From Thermoanaerobaculia bacterium (GTDB lineage Bacteria; Acidobacteriota; Thermoanaerobaculia; Multivoradales; Multivoraceae): a stretch of 64,000 bases of DNA. Of this stretch, positions 30,610-41,549 are shown piece after piece. Under the pieces are notes generated by a model. That model was given only the letters and a program-made list of their open reading frames with translations. It was not told the DNA's origin and searched no databases. The number at the start of each line of letters is the position of its first letter. Within the stretch, counting starts at the first letter, position 1. The DNA lies in assembly GCA_963664405.1 (NCBI GenBank), contig OY761158.1, positions 2,656,001 to 2,720,000 of the forward strand, written 5' to 3'. The position numbers were made by a program, and so were the translations under genes.

Positions 30610-31914
30610 ATGCCAGCAACCAAGCAAAGCCAAACGCAAGGTGAGATACCCACGCTGCTCGTCGGCGTCGATCATCACTGCGCGCCTCTCGAGCTGCGCG
30701 AAAGGGTCGCCTACACGTCGGAAAGCGCCGAGGAGGTGCTGGTGCACCTGGTCGCGCAGAGCCATATCGAAGAGGCGCTGCTGCTGTCGACGTGCAACCG
30801 GACCGAGGTCTACCTGCGACATCACGACGAGCAGAAGGCCTTCCAGCGAGGACTCGACCTGGTGTTTCTTGATCGCGCCAAGGAGGTCAAAGAGGAGGGG
30901 CGCTTCTATGTAAAGCACGGCACTGAGGCGGCCCGGCACCTGCTCAGCGTGGCGGCGGGCCTGGAGTCAATGGTGCTCGGCGAGCCCGAGATTCTCGGCC
31001 AGGTCAAGCAGGCGGCGGCGCTCGCCGAAGGCATCGGTACGTCGGGCGTCATTCTCAGACGCCTGGCTCGAAGTGCCGCCACGGCCGGACGCAGGGCTCG
31101 CGGCGAGACTGCCATCGGTGAAGGCGCGGTCTCCTTCGGGTACGCAGCCGTCGACCTCGCTCGGAGTATTTTCGTCAATCTCGAGAGCAACTCGGTCCTG
31201 ATCCTGGGAGCAGGAGAGACCTCGGTAACGGTCGCCAGAAGCCTGATCGAGAAGGGTGCGAGGAAAGTGCAGGTCGCCAACCGCGGCCAGGATCGAGCCG
31301 ACGCCTTCCTTCAGGAGTTTCCACTGGCTAGCGGAGTCGCCTTCGATAGGCGCCTGGAAGCACTGGGAGACGCCGATCTCGTAGTGGCGGCAACGAGCGC
31401 GCCGGAAGCTATCCTCAGAAGAGAGGATGTGGAGCAGAGCTTGCGGCATCGCAAGAACCGACCCTTGCTGATAGTCGACCTCGGGGTGCCGCGTGATGTG
31501 GACCCGGCGGTCGGCAACCTCGCCAACGTCTTCTTGCACGACATCGACTCGTTGGAGCAGCTCATCGAGCGCAATCTCAAGCGGCGGCGCCAAGAGGTAC
31601 CGCGCGTCTCCCAGATCCTCGAGGAAGAGCTCGAGCGCTTACTGATCTGGTACGCAAGCCTCGCTGCCGCTCCCTTGGTCGCGCAACTGCATCGGCGGGC
31701 GGAGGAGATTCGGGCGCGAGAGATCGCCGATCATCACCATCATTTTCCGGAGTCCACACACGAGCATCTCGCCAATCTCACCAGATCCATCGTCCGCAAG
31801 ATCCTGCACCATCCGAGCTCGCAGCTGCGCGAGGCATCCAGCACCGAGAACCTCCATCACCTCGCCGCCCTCAAGGACCTCTTCCGCCTCGACGAGGACG
31901 ACGAAGAGCGCTGA
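30610..31914 (+). CDS. hemA: Glutamyl-tRNA reductase
   Basis: LSTCNRTE, GLESMVLGEPEILGQVK, DLGVPRD. Confidence 0.97.
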   Translation: MPATKQSQTQGEIPTLLVGVDHHCAPLELRERVAYTSESAEEVLVHLVAQSHIEEALLLSTCNRTEVYLRHHDEQKAFQRGLDLVFLDRAKEVKEEGRFYVKHGTEAARHLLSVAAGLESMVLGEPEILGQVKQAAALAEGIGTSGVILRRLARSAATAGRRARGETAIGEGAVSFGYAAVDLARSIFVNLESNSVLILGAGETSVTVARSLIEKGARKVQVANRGQDRADAFLQEFPLASGVAFDRRLEALGDADLVVAATSAPEAILRREDVEQSLRHRKNRPLLIVDLGVPRDVDPAVGNLANVFLHDIDSLEQLIERNLKRRRQEVPRVSQILEEELERLLIWYASLAAAPLVAQLHRRAEEIRAREIADHHHHFPESTHEHLANLTRSIVRKILHHPSSQLREASSTENLHHLAALKDLFRLDEDDEER

Positions 31915-31920
31915 TTCGAG

Positions 31921-32838
31921 ATGCGTCTGCGCCTAGGCACACGCCGCAGCCCACTGGCTCTGGCTCAATCCACCCTCGTCGCCCGCAAGCTGGAAGGTCT
32001 CCACAGCGATCTCGAGGTGGAGCTCGTGCCGATCATCACCCGGGGTGACACCACTCCAGGCTCACTCGCAGCCCTTGGAGGGAAAGGTCTCTTCACAGAA
32101 GAATTGGAAAAAAGGCTACTCCAAGGTTCAATCGACCTGGCCGTGCACAGCCTCAAGGACCTGCCGGTGATGCTGCCCAGCGGTCTTCTCATCGGCGCCT
32201 ACCCGGAACGGGCGGACCCCCGCGACGTTCTCGTCAGCGAAAGAGCCGACAGCACCGAGGGACTGGCTCCCGGAGCGCGTGTTCTCACTGGGTCCTTACG
32301 CCGCCGGGCACAGCTCCTCGCCCAGCGCCCCGACCTGCAGGTGGAGGACATCCGAGGCAACGTCGACACCCGCTTGCAAAAGTGGCGCGAGTCGGGAGCC
32401 GACGGCCTGATCCTCGCGGCAGCCGGTTTGGCGCGCCTCGGCCTTGGCGCTCCCGACGTCCCCGCCCATCCTCTGCCGCCGGAGGTCATGGTCCCTTCCC
32501 CGGGTCAGGGAACTCTGGCAATCGAGGTCGCCAACGGCTCCAAAGCCCACGAGCTGAGCGGTCTACTCAACCATCCGCCGACCGCACGCGCCTCCGAGGC
32601 CGAAAGAAGAGTCGTCGAGAGCTTCGGTGGCGACTGCGCGCTCCCCCTTGGAGCGTGGGGGCGATGCGACGGTGAAGCGGCGACGATGAGCCTCACTGTC
32701 TTCTTGGCCGCCGTCGACTCGGAACGATGGGTCTCCGCTACCGTCAGCGCCACAGGGCCCAGCGACACAGCCGACCTCGCCGTCTACGAGCTCCGCCAGC
32801 AGGGGGCGCATGATCTCCTGAAACGTCACGGACCATGA
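31921..32838 (+). CDS. hemC: Hydroxymethylbilane synthase
   Basis: GTRRSPLALAQ, AVHSLKD, RGNVDTRL, GGDC. Confidence 0.97.
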   Translation: MRLRLGTRRSPLALAQSTLVARKLEGLHSDLEVELVPIITRGDTTPGSLAALGGKGLFTEELEKRLLQGSIDLAVHSLKDLPVMLPSGLLIGAYPERADPRDVLVSERADSTEGLAPGARVLTGSLRRRAQLLAQRPDLQVEDIRGNVDTRLQKWRESGADGLILAAAGLARLGLGAPDVPAHPLPPEVMVPSPGQGTLAIEVANGSKAHELSGLLNHPPTARASEAERRVVESFGGDCALPLGAWGRCDGEAATMSLTVFLAAVDSERWVSATVSATGPSDTADLAVYELRQQGAHDLLKRHGP

Positions 32839-33605
32839 GCAGCGGCTCGCTCGACGGCGTTCGCGTGGTCGTAACCCGAGCGACAAAACAGGCCGCGAAC
32901 TTGATTTCGCTGTTTCAGGCAGAAGGAGCCCGGGTCGAGCCACTTCCACTCCTCGAGATCGGTTCGCCGGCAGATCCGAGGGCACTCGAAAGAGCGCTCT
33001 CAGAGCTCCCTCTCTATGACTGGATCGTCTTCACTTCGGCGAACTCGGTGGAAGCGCTGCTTGGCTCGGTCGCCGGCCATCTTCCCTCTCGCTCTCGAGT
33101 CGCCGCCTTGGGCGATGCGACTTCGAGAGCCCTCGCAAGGCTCGGCATCGAACCGGACCTGGTTGGTGCCAAGCCGCGGGCCGAAGGACTCGTCACTACC
33201 CTGGGCCCCCACGTGGCCCGCCGACGAAGGGTCCTCCTGCCGCAGGCCGAGGACGCACGCAACACACTAGAGAAAGGGCTCAGTGCAGCTGGTGCGGATG
33301 TGGTCCGCGTCGATGCTTACAGAAAGGTCATCCCGCAGGCGACACTCGAGCGCGCGAACCAGATCTTCGCAGATGGGCCCTGGGGGTGGGTGACTTTCAC
33401 CAGCCCCAGTACCGTGCGGAACCTGGCCCGACTTCTCCACACGCAGTGGGAGGCGGGCAGAGAGAGCCTCTTGTCGGCTTCGATCGGTCCGATCACGAGC
33501 ACCGAACTGAGAAAGTGTGGCCTCGAGCCCACAGCGCAGGCGAGCGCCCCCTCAGACGAGGATCTACTGAAATCCGTTCTCGAAGCCGCGGCCGAGAGAA
33601 ACTAG
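32835..33605 (+). CDS. hemD: Uroporphyrinogen-III synthase
   Basis: VVVTR, WIVFTSANSV, TFTSPSTV, IGPIT. Confidence 0.93.
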   Translation: MSSGSLDGVRVVVTRATKQAANLISLFQAEGARVEPLPLLEIGSPADPRALERALSELPLYDWIVFTSANSVEALLGSVAGHLPSRSRVAALGDATSRALARLGIEPDLVGAKPRAEGLVTTLGPHVARRRRVLLPQAEDARNTLEKGLSAAGADVVRVDAYRKVIPQATLERANQIFADGPWGWVTFTSPSTVRNLARLLHTQWEAGRESLLSASIGPITSTELRKCGLEPTAQASAPSDEDLLKSVLEAAAERN

Positions 33606-33910
33606 CGAAGAGCTTCTTGGCAGCTGCGAAAGCGGCCGAAGAAGGTCTGCATCGACTCTGCCAGGGCCTCGTCATTCAGACGGTAGATCACGTTCTGACC
33701 ACGACGCTGATCAAGAACGAGGTCTGCCTCCTTCAGGACGGAGAGGTGGCGAGAGATCGTCGGCTGCGACAGGCTGAATTTCTGGACGATCTCACCGACC
33801 GTGCGCTGTTCGCCCTCTAGAAGCTGAAGAATCTGTTGCCGTGTTCCGTCCGACAAGGCCTTGAAAACCTTGGTTACGTGACGATCATTCAAACTGGGCC
33901 AAGTGTCCAT
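33602..33910 (-). CDS. ArsR/SmtB family transcriptional regulator
   Basis: FKALSDGTRQQIL, LSQPTISRHLSVL. Confidence 0.92.
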   Translation of the reverse strand: MDTWPSLNDRHVTKVFKALSDGTRQQILQLLEGEQRTVGEIVQKFSLSQPTISRHLSVLKEADLVLDQRRGQNVIYRLNDEALAESMQTFFGRFRSCQEALR

Positions 33911-34208
33911 ATTAATATCTCCTTGCATCCCTCATTGGAAGAGCAGTGTACGCCCACCTCTTGAGATATTCTTGAAAAATAGCTCATCTGAGCGTCCTTA
34001 CATGCTAACTCAATTGGCGGTTACGTGCAAGCTTCTCAATATTCGAACTTTAGCCGATGGCGATTTGCCCCTGTATCCAACTCTCAAGATAGGAACCAGA
34101 AGAGAGAACGTTGCCAAAACGCAGATCGGGCACCCCTACTCCGCACTGATTTGCGTTTCGGGACGCCCGAAGGTCGGTCACGACCGGCTGCAGCGGAAAA
34201 CTGTGGCC

Positions 34209-34817
<609 letters not shown>

Positions 34818-35001
34818 CGCGAATCTCCCTTTCTACGTATTTTCGGGTTGCGGTCGAAAGCAGAAAACCAGTGCTGTATTGTGTCACGGCGTAGGAAGTG
34901 ATCGCTATCGCTTCCTCACGAGCATTCGTCGGCACAGAGATCACAGAGCTCGATTGACTTGCGGATCGAGCCTCCCTTATCATTGGCCGCCCTGGCGGTG
35001 A

Positions 35002-35078
35002 GGGAGGTTAGCTCAGCTGGTTAGAGCACCTGCTTTACACGCAGGGGGTCGCGGGTTCGAGTCCCCCACCTCCCACCA
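35002..35078 (+). tRNA. tRNA-Val(TAC)
   Basis: Cloverleaf, anticodon arm cctgc-tttacac-gcagg, CCA end. Confidence 0.96.
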
Positions 35079-35112
35079 GGCAGTTCAGACGCGAGGACGC
35101 TAACAAAGAAAC

Positions 35113-35189
35113 GGGGCCGTGGTTTAGCTGGTTAGAACGCCGGCCTGTCACGCCGGAGATCGCGGGTTCGAGTCCCGTCGGCCCCGCCA
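35113..35189 (+). tRNA. tRNA-Asp(GTC)
   Basis: Anticodon arm ccggc-ctgtcac-gccgg, CCA end. Confidence 0.96.
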
Positions 35190-35243
35190 TCACCCCTCGC
35201 ACGGATGTAGACCGAACGAAAAGATAGAGAGAAGGGGCCTGAA

Positions 35244-35399
35244 ATGCGCGAAAAGATCAAGCTCGTCTCGAGTGCCGGCACGGGCTACTTCTATACAACG
35301 ACCAAGAACAAGAAGCTCTCGAACGAGAAGCTCAAGTTGAAGAAGTACGACCCCAAGATCCGTAAGCACGTCGAGTTCGTCGAAGAAAAGATGCGGTGA
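35244..35399 (+). CDS. rpmG: 50S ribosomal protein L33 (Cys-free form)
   Basis: [24 protein letters not shown]...[19 protein letters not shown]; too short for the ORF track. Confidence 0.96.
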   Translation: MREKIKLVSSAGTGYFYTTTKNKKLSNEKLKLKKYDPKIRKHVEFVEEKMR

Positions 35400-35401
35400 C
35401 G

Positions 35402-35430
35402 AAAGGAGTGGTGGGATGCGCCACTCCTTT
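35402..35430. terminator. Hairpin terminator after rpmG
   Basis: aaaggagtgg-tgggatgcg-ccactccttt between convergent genes. Confidence 0.7.
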
Positions 35431-35469
35431 GCCCTGAGGCTTCCCGCGCCGAGGACGCCGTTGCGCAGG

Positions 35470-36099
35470 CTAACGCCGCGGAACGGCGACGCCTCGCTGT
35501 TCGAGACGTCGACGCTGTCGTGAGACGACGGAGTCGATGCTTCCGGCTTTCAGGCCAAAGTCACATCCCTCGGCGATCTCGCGGCTAGTCCAGCCGTCCA
35601 GGACCGCAAGCTCGAAGATGGCGAGATCTCGGTCGCGGTCCGGTCCGCTGACCACCTCGCCACAGCTGCGCACCAAGGCATCGCGTATCTCGCGTCGTAA
35701 GCAGACCACCTCTGGGGAGGCGCTCTTGTCGACGATTCTCTCCACGTTCGCGGGCGCCAGCGCCCCCATCAAGGCACGCCTCTTTACCGCTCGCCGAGAA
35801 CGAGAGCGATCTTGGACCGCGCTGTCGCACACGCACTGCAAATAGCGCTTCACCTGCCCCTCGGTCTCACCTCGGAAAGAAGAGCGCCCGCGCCGAGTTC
35901 TCTCCAGCAGACGGTAGTAGACATCCTGCACCAGATCTTCCACGTCCTCCGGCACACAACTCTCGGCCAAGCGACGCAGGGCTCGGCGAACACCCTGTCG
36001 AATGCGCGGGCCGAAGCAATCGACGAAGGCCTCCCAGGCCAACTCGTCCTGGCTCCTGGCACACAAATGGAACAGCTCCACGGCGGGGACTACGCTCAT
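35470..36099 (-). CDS. ECF-type sigma-70 factor
   Basis: AWEAFV, DVEDLVQDVYYRLL, DGWTSREIA. Confidence 0.82.
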   Translation of the reverse strand: MSVVPAVELFHLCARSQDELAWEAFVDCFGPRIRQGVRRALRRLAESCVPEDVEDLVQDVYYRLLERTRRGRSSFRGETEGQVKRYLQCVCDSAVQDRSRSRRAVKRRALMGALAPANVERIVDKSASPEVVCLRREIRDALVRSCGEVVSGPDRDRDLAIFELAVLDGWTSREIAEGCDFGLKAGSIDSVVSRQRRRLEQRGVAVPRR

Positions 36100-36235
36100 T
36101 TTCCACTCCCTGAGAATGGGAGCGGAGGGCCTTTTAGAACGAAAGATGCCGGGCCGAAAGAGCCACAGCAGGAGGGAGAAGCAGTGTAGCAGACGGAAAA
36201 CGGCTATAATGGCCTGCTCCAACCCACGTTCGACA

Positions 36236-36265
36236 TTGACTTTTTCGGCTATTCATCGATAAAAT
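36236..36265 (+). promoter_or_regulatory. Putative sigma-70 promoter
   Basis: TTGACT-N18-TAAAAT in an AT-rich intergenic region upstream of 36387. Confidence 0.5.
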
Positions 36266-36386
36266 GCATAATTCGTATAAGGTAATACATACGCGCGGCT
36301 GCACACGAGACCTCTATTTCGACAGCGCTGGAGCGCCCGGTCAGTAGCGTCTAGCAACCCTCACGGGAGTCAAGGAGAGAACAAAC

Positions 36387-37634
36387 ATGAAGGCACGAGC
36401 ACACCTCCCAGCATTGGCGATGGTTCTGGCCTTACTCGCAACCCCCGTGTTGGGAGGCGATGTTGGACCGTGTACCGATGGCGGCTTGCCAAACGTCGAC
36501 CCCAGCGCTCCTTTCGGTTACTTCGGAGGCGCACTCGGCGGAGGCAACTCAGCTGCGGGCTCGCAGCCCGTCCTCGGCTGGGCCATGTCCCAGGCCGGAG
36601 TCGCGTACGTACAAATCCTCGTCGACGGCACGTCCGCCATGACCGCCGCCTACGGACGAAACCGGCCGGGCCTTTCGAACCTCTTTCCCGGCTTTCCCGG
36701 CGGTGACAACGTGGGCTTCGGCGCCCGCCTCGACACCACACGCTACCTGAACGATATGCACCAGGTTACGGCGAAGGTCGTTGCCAACGACGGCAAAGTG
36801 ACCATACTCAACACGCAGGACATCGAGTTCCTCAACACCACTCACAATCTCGTGCCTTTCGGGCTGATCGAGACGCCTCAAGAAAATGCCACCCTCCTCG
36901 GCCGTTGTGATGTCGGCAACCAGAACCGCTTCTACACCATCGTAGAAGGCTACGCCTTGGACTCGGGGTTGGAGACCGGAGATCACGGAGTCGGGTACGT
37001 CGAGCTCTTGATCGACGGAGTCATCCAGTTCAACACCAGGCGTGATTGCACCGTAAATCCCGACGCAGGCGGCCTCATGAACTGCTACGGGTTGGTCCGC
37101 CTGAACCTCTCGAACCAGTTTCCGAATCTCAAAGATGCACCGAACGCCGGCTACCGATTCGCCATCGACGTGGGCTGGCTGATCGATTTCGGTCTGGTTC
37201 GCGGGCACCACACTCTGACGGTTCGCGCTGGCGACATCTCGGGCCAGACTGCCAACATCGACGAGATCCCGGTTACCTTTTCCTGCATCGAGGACACACC
37301 GAACCACGACGCCTTCGGCCGAGTGGAAATACCTGGCCGCCTCGTTTCCGGAACGATCACGCCGCAAGGCTGGGCTCTGGACCTAGAAGGGATCAACAAG
37401 CTCCAGGTCTTCATCGACGGCCAGCTGGCAGGCGACGCCACTCTCGGCTTTCCACGCCCCGAAATCTCGGCGGCCTATCCTGGCTACCCGGACAGCGCGG
37501 CTCCCGGATGGATGTACCTGCTCGACACAGCGACTCTGGCGAACGGTCCGCACCGGATCCAGGCACTCGTTCAGGATCTAGTGGGCTTCGTCACCCTCCT
37601 GGGCGAGGTGCAGTTCACCGTCGACAATCAGTAA
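36387..37634 (+). CDS. Secreted protein with three tandem Ig-like repeats
   Basis: Signal peptide; three copies of G(W/Y)A...V...(V/I)DG...YG..R.....P.......G(F/Y/W)...D.....G.H. Confidence 0.75.
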   Translation: MKARAHLPALAMVLALLATPVLGGDVGPCTDGGLPNVDPSAPFGYFGGALGGGNSAAGSQPVLGWAMSQAGVAYVQILVDGTSAMTAAYGRNRPGLSNLFPGFPGGDNVGFGARLDTTRYLNDMHQVTAKVVANDGKVTILNTQDIEFLNTTHNLVPFGLIETPQENATLLGRCDVGNQNRFYTIVEGYALDSGLETGDHGVGYVELLIDGVIQFNTRRDCTVNPDAGGLMNCYGLVRLNLSNQFPNLKDAPNAGYRFAIDVGWLIDFGLVRGHHTLTVRAGDISGQTANIDEIPVTFSCIEDTPNHDAFGRVEIPGRLVSGTITPQGWALDLEGINKLQVFIDGQLAGDATLGFPRPEISAAYPGYPDSAAPGWMYLLDTATLANGPHRIQALVQDLVGFVTLLGEVQFTVDNQ

Positions 37635-37786
37635 CAGCTTTGAACGACGGCAAACCGCGACTGCACGAAGCCACGGCGAATCCCTAAATACGGCTGAGAC
37701 CTCTTCTGCTTCCCGGGATCGGGAAGAGAAGGGGTCTTCGCTTTTCTACCCGAGGCTTCGAGCCCGGGGAGCGAGCCCCGCCCGCC

Positions 37787-39394
37787 CTAGTGGCCGGCAG
37801 CGACCTGTCCGCCGCCGGTTCTCTCGATGGACTGCACCGCTCCCCTGGTCTCGAGCAGCTCTTTAGCTTCGGGAAAGCTCTCGAAAGCTCTCTTGATCTG
37901 GATGTCGTTGCGGGCAAGCACTCGATGTCCATCGGTTACGCCGAAAGCGGCGTTGAAGATCTCGTAGTGGATCTGGACCAGCGCGTGACGCTCAGCCTCG
38001 GGGTCCGACAGAGCTTCTTCGATGTCTTCGTCGCTGCCCAGAGACTCTCGCTTCAACCACGTCTTGAAGGCCGAGGTCACTTCCGCCCCAGGCTCCCAGT
38101 CTCGGCTGGTCACGGGGTTCTTGGCGAGGTAGTCGACGGCGAAATTGAGAAAAGCGGCACGGCTGCGAAGGAATTGGAGGAAGACCGGTAACAGCTCGGG
38201 CTGGGCCGAAACGTCTGGGGTGATGCCACCGCCGCCGTAAACCTTGCGCCCGAGGTCGGTCTCGTAGACCTCCTCCTCTTCGCGCTCTTCGGTCTCCTCG
38301 GCCCCGTAGTCCGCGTAGTAATCCCAATAGGAGCTGTAGTCCCTCTGGATCAGCCGCCCCGAGGGGGTGTAGTACTTCGCCGTTGTGAGTGCGACGGCGG
38401 CGCCGTAGGGGAGGCTGAAGACCGTCTGAACGAGGCCCTTGCCCCAGGTGTCGTCGCCCACGACCAATCCGACGTCGTGATCCTGAATCGCGCCGGAGAG
38501 AATCTCCGCCGCCGATGCCGTCCCCCCGTTGACGAGTACGACCACCGGCAGGCCGAGCTCTTCGTACTTGCCAGAAGAGAAGTAGGTGCTGTGAGAGGTA
38601 CGGAGGCGCCCGCGAGTCTCGACAATCTTGCTCTCCCCCGGCACGAACTGGTCAGCCACCTCGATGGCCTGGTCGAGCAGGCCTCCGCCGTTGTTGCGCA
38701 GATCGAGGATGAGTCTCTCCATTCCCTGTTCCTTGAGGCCCTTGAGAGCCTCGGCAACCTCACGGCCGGTCGAGCGAGAAAAATCACGAATCATGAGGTA
38801 GCCGGTCTCCGGCGTCAGCATGTATTCGTAAGAAACGGTGTCCTGAGTCACTTCAGCACGAGTCACGGTCAGCTCGAGCGGGTTGTCGAGACCGCGACGA
38901 ACAATGCTGATCCGCACCTGGGTATCTTTCGGCCCTTTGAGCTTTCTGACGGCCTCATCGAGGGCCATCGTCTCGGTCGGCTCGCCTTCGATTCGACCGA
39001 TAACGTCTCCCGCGCGCATGCCCAGGCGATGGGCCGGGCTGCCCGGGATCGGTGTGATCACGGTCAGCTTCCCACCTCTCACGCCCACCAGGATGCCGAG
39101 GCCGTAGAAGCTGCCCTGCTGGCGATCCCTCATCGAAGTGTAGGCGTCGGGACTGAGAAAATTGGTATGCGGATCGAGACCTCGAAGCATTCCTCGGATC
39201 GAGGAGTAGACGAGGTCCTTGTACTCGACCTCGACACCGTAAAGCTCGCTCGACTTCTCGAGCAGCTCGGTGTACAGCCGGAGCCGATCCCGGGTTTGCT
39301 CGTTGAGCGCGAGAAGGCTCTCGCCCGCGAAAGCACCCACCAGAATCGCGATCAGAAAGAGTGAAGCAGCGGCGAGACGCCAAGTATTGCGCAT
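37787..39394 (-). CDS. ctpA: S41 carboxyl-terminal processing protease
   Basis: LDPHT, PDZ domain, LDLRNNGGG, TASAAEI, TWGKGLVQ. Confidence 0.93.
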   Translation of the reverse strand: MRNTWRLAAASLFLIAILVGAFAGESLLALNEQTRDRLRLYTELLEKSSELYGVEVEYKDLVYSSIRGMLRGLDPHTNFLSPDAYTSMRDRQQGSFYGLGILVGVRGGKLTVITPIPGSPAHRLGMRAGDVIGRIEGEPTETMALDEAVRKLKGPKDTQVRISIVRRGLDNPLELTVTRAEVTQDTVSYEYMLTPETGYLMIRDFSRSTGREVAEALKGLKEQGMERLILDLRNNGGGLLDQAIEVADQFVPGESKIVETRGRLRTSHSTYFSSGKYEELGLPVVVLVNGGTASAAEILSGAIQDHDVGLVVGDDTWGKGLVQTVFSLPYGAAVALTTAKYYTPSGRLIQRDYSSYWDYYADYGAEETEEREEEEVYETDLGRKVYGGGGITPDVSAQPELLPVFLQFLRSRAAFLNFAVDYLAKNPVTSRDWEPGAEVTSAFKTWLKRESLGSDEDIEEALSDPEAERHALVQIHYEIFNAAFGVTDGHRVLARNDIQIKRAFESFPEAKELLETRGAVQSIERTGGGQVAAGH

Positions 39395-39514
39395 TGGCCG
39401 ATTCTAACATCGCCGCCGACAGGCCGGCGACGACGGAGACCGAGGAACGACTCAAGGGCCCTACGGAGGCGGCCGACTTGACTTTCCCGACCTCCGAGCC
39501 CATGATCTTTCGGC

Positions 39515-39748
39515 ATGTTTGGCTCGCTCGGCTTTCAAGAGATCCTCATTATCTTGGCGCTGGCCCTATTGATCTTCGGGCCGCGGAAGCTGCCGGAAAT
39601 CGGCCGCACCCTAGGCAAGAGCTTGGGCGAGTTCCGCCGTGCCACCAACGAGCTCAAGCGTTCCATCGAGCAAGAGGTACGAGCCGAGGAAGTCAAAACG
39701 CCCCCGCAGCCCTCGACGACTACCACCGACTCCTCCTCCGACCCCTAA
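39515..39748 (+). CDS. tatA: Twin-arginine translocase TatA/TatB subunit
   Basis: LLIFGPRKLPEIGRTLGK. Confidence 0.88.
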   Translation: MFGSLGFQEILIILALALLIFGPRKLPEIGRTLGKSLGEFRRATNELKRSIEQEVRAEEVKTPPQPSTTTTDSSSDP

Positions 39749-39763
39749 CCGACCGACAGCGAA

Positions 39764-40555
39764 GTGACCGAGCTCGAATCGCAGCCGCCCGAGCTGCTTG
39801 ACGGGGACGCCCCAGACGAGCCGGTCGAAGAGCTCACCAGGATGACCCTCCTCGGCCATCTGGAAGAGCTCCGCAGCCGCATCATCCGCTGCCTGATCGC
39901 GGCGATCATCGCCTTCGTCGCCTGTTTTGCATTCGTCAAAGACATCTACCGCTTCCTCGAGAGGCCGATCCTCAATGTGCTCCCCGAGGGAGAGAAGCTG
40001 GTCTTTCTCAAGATCACCGACCCGCTGTTTCTGTACGTCAAGGTCTCCGCGCTCGTCGGCCTGTTTCTGATTTCACCTTATCTACTCTTCCAGGTCTGGC
40101 GCTTCGTGGCTCCGGGGCTCTACAAGAACGAAAGACGATACTCGATACCCTTCGTCTTCTTCGGCTCCACCTTTTTCCTCGCCGGCGGCACCTTTGCCTA
40201 TCTCGTTGCCTTTCCTTTCGCGGTCGAGTTTCTGATCAAGGTCGGCGAAGATAACTTCAAGGCCGCAGTGACGGGGCACAGCTACTTCAGCTTCCTCATG
40301 ACCGTGATCCTGGGCATGGGCCTGATGTTCGAGCTGCCGATCTTCATCCTCGTCCTCTCCCAGATCGGCCTCGTCACTCCACGCTTCCTACTGAGGAACT
40401 TCCGCTGGGCTGTCCTGATCATCTTCGTGGTCTCCGCCATCATCACCCCGACCGGAGACCCGATCAACCTGCTCATCTTCGCCGTGCCGACGATAGTTCT
40501 CTATCTATTGGGCATAGCCGTAGCTGCCGTCTTCACCAAAAAGCAAGCAGAGTAG
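39764..40555 (+). CDS. tatC: Twin-arginine translocase TatC
   Basis: HLEELR, WRFVAPGLY, FELP, ITPTGD. Confidence 0.96.
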   Translation: MTELESQPPELLDGDAPDEPVEELTRMTLLGHLEELRSRIIRCLIAAIIAFVACFAFVKDIYRFLERPILNVLPEGEKLVFLKITDPLFLYVKVSALVGLFLISPYLLFQVWRFVAPGLYKNERRYSIPFVFFGSTFFLAGGTFAYLVAFPFAVEFLIKVGEDNFKAAVTGHSYFSFLMTVILGMGLMFELPIFILVLSQIGLVTPRFLLRNFRWAVLIIFVVSAIITPTGDPINLLIFAVPTIVLYLLGIAVAAVFTKKQAE

Positions 40556-40568
40556 CCGGTTCGGCCCA

Positions 40569-41549
40569 CTACTTCTGAGGCTGCTCTACGCGCAACAGAT
40601 CGTGAATATGCACGATACCTTCTAGGCGCCCCTCATCGTCGCAGACGAATAGGCTGGTGATGAGCCCCCCCATTCTCTCGAGGGCCGTTGAAGCGAGCTC
40701 TTCAGCATCGATGGTCTTGGGGTTCGGAGTCATACAGGAGGCCGCATCGCGATCGAGAAGATCCCGCTCTCTGACAAGCACTCGCCGCAGGTCGCCATCC
40801 GTGATCGCTCCAAGCAACACCCCGTCGTCGTCGGTGACCGCGGTGATGCCAAGTGCCTTGCTGGACATCTCGAGAAGCGCCTCGGGCATTCCAGTGCCTA
40901 CGCCCACGCGCGGCACCCGATCGCCCGTGCGCATGGCGCCTCGCACCCGCATCAGTCGACGCCCAAGCGCCCCTCCGGGGTGAACGCGAGCGAAGTCCTC
41001 TTGCGTAAAGCCCTGAGCCTCCTGCAGCGCCATCGCTAGAGCATCGCCGAGAGCGAGTAGCGCCGTAGTCGAGGCCGTCGGAGCGAGGTTGAGAGGACAG
41101 GCCTCTTGATCGATGGCAGTGGCGAGATGAATGTCGGCGAGCTGCGCCAGAGGGCTCGTCGCATCTCCGGTGAACACCACGAGTGGGACCGAGAGCACCT
41201 TCAACACTTCGGCGAGTCGGAGGAGCTCATCCGTCCGCCCGGTGAAGGAGGCCGCAAGAACGACATCTCCTTCGACGATGGCGCCGAGATCACCGTGGAT
41301 AGCTTCGGCGGGATGGAGAAAAAGAGCCGGGGTTCCGTTGGACGAGAACGTCGCCGCCACTTTTCGCATCACCAAGCCGCTCTTGCCCATACCCGTGCAG
41401 ACCACCCGGCCGGGGGCTCCGCTGATGAGCTCGACCGCATGCTCGAATGCCTCATCGACCTGCGGCAACAAGCCCAGAATAGCGGCGGCCTCGATCTCGA
41501 GAACATTCCGCGCCACTTCCAGCGCGCTTCGCTGCGGCTTCTGACTCAT
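40569..41549 (-). CDS. kdsD: Arabinose-5-phosphate isomerase
   Basis: GMGKSG, HPAEAIHGDLG, APTASTT, HPGGALG, CBS pair. Confidence 0.95.
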   Translation of the reverse strand: MSQKPQRSALEVARNVLEIEAAAILGLLPQVDEAFEHAVELISGAPGRVVCTGMGKSGLVMRKVAATFSSNGTPALFLHPAEAIHGDLGAIVEGDVVLAASFTGRTDELLRLAEVLKVLSVPLVVFTGDATSPLAQLADIHLATAIDQEACPLNLAPTASTTALLALGDALAMALQEAQGFTQEDFARVHPGGALGRRLMRVRGAMRTGDRVPRVGVGTGMPEALLEMSSKALGITAVTDDDGVLLGAITDGDLRRVLVRERDLLDRDAASCMTPNPKTIDAEELASTALERMGGLITSLFVCDDEGRLEGIVHIHDLLRVEQPQK

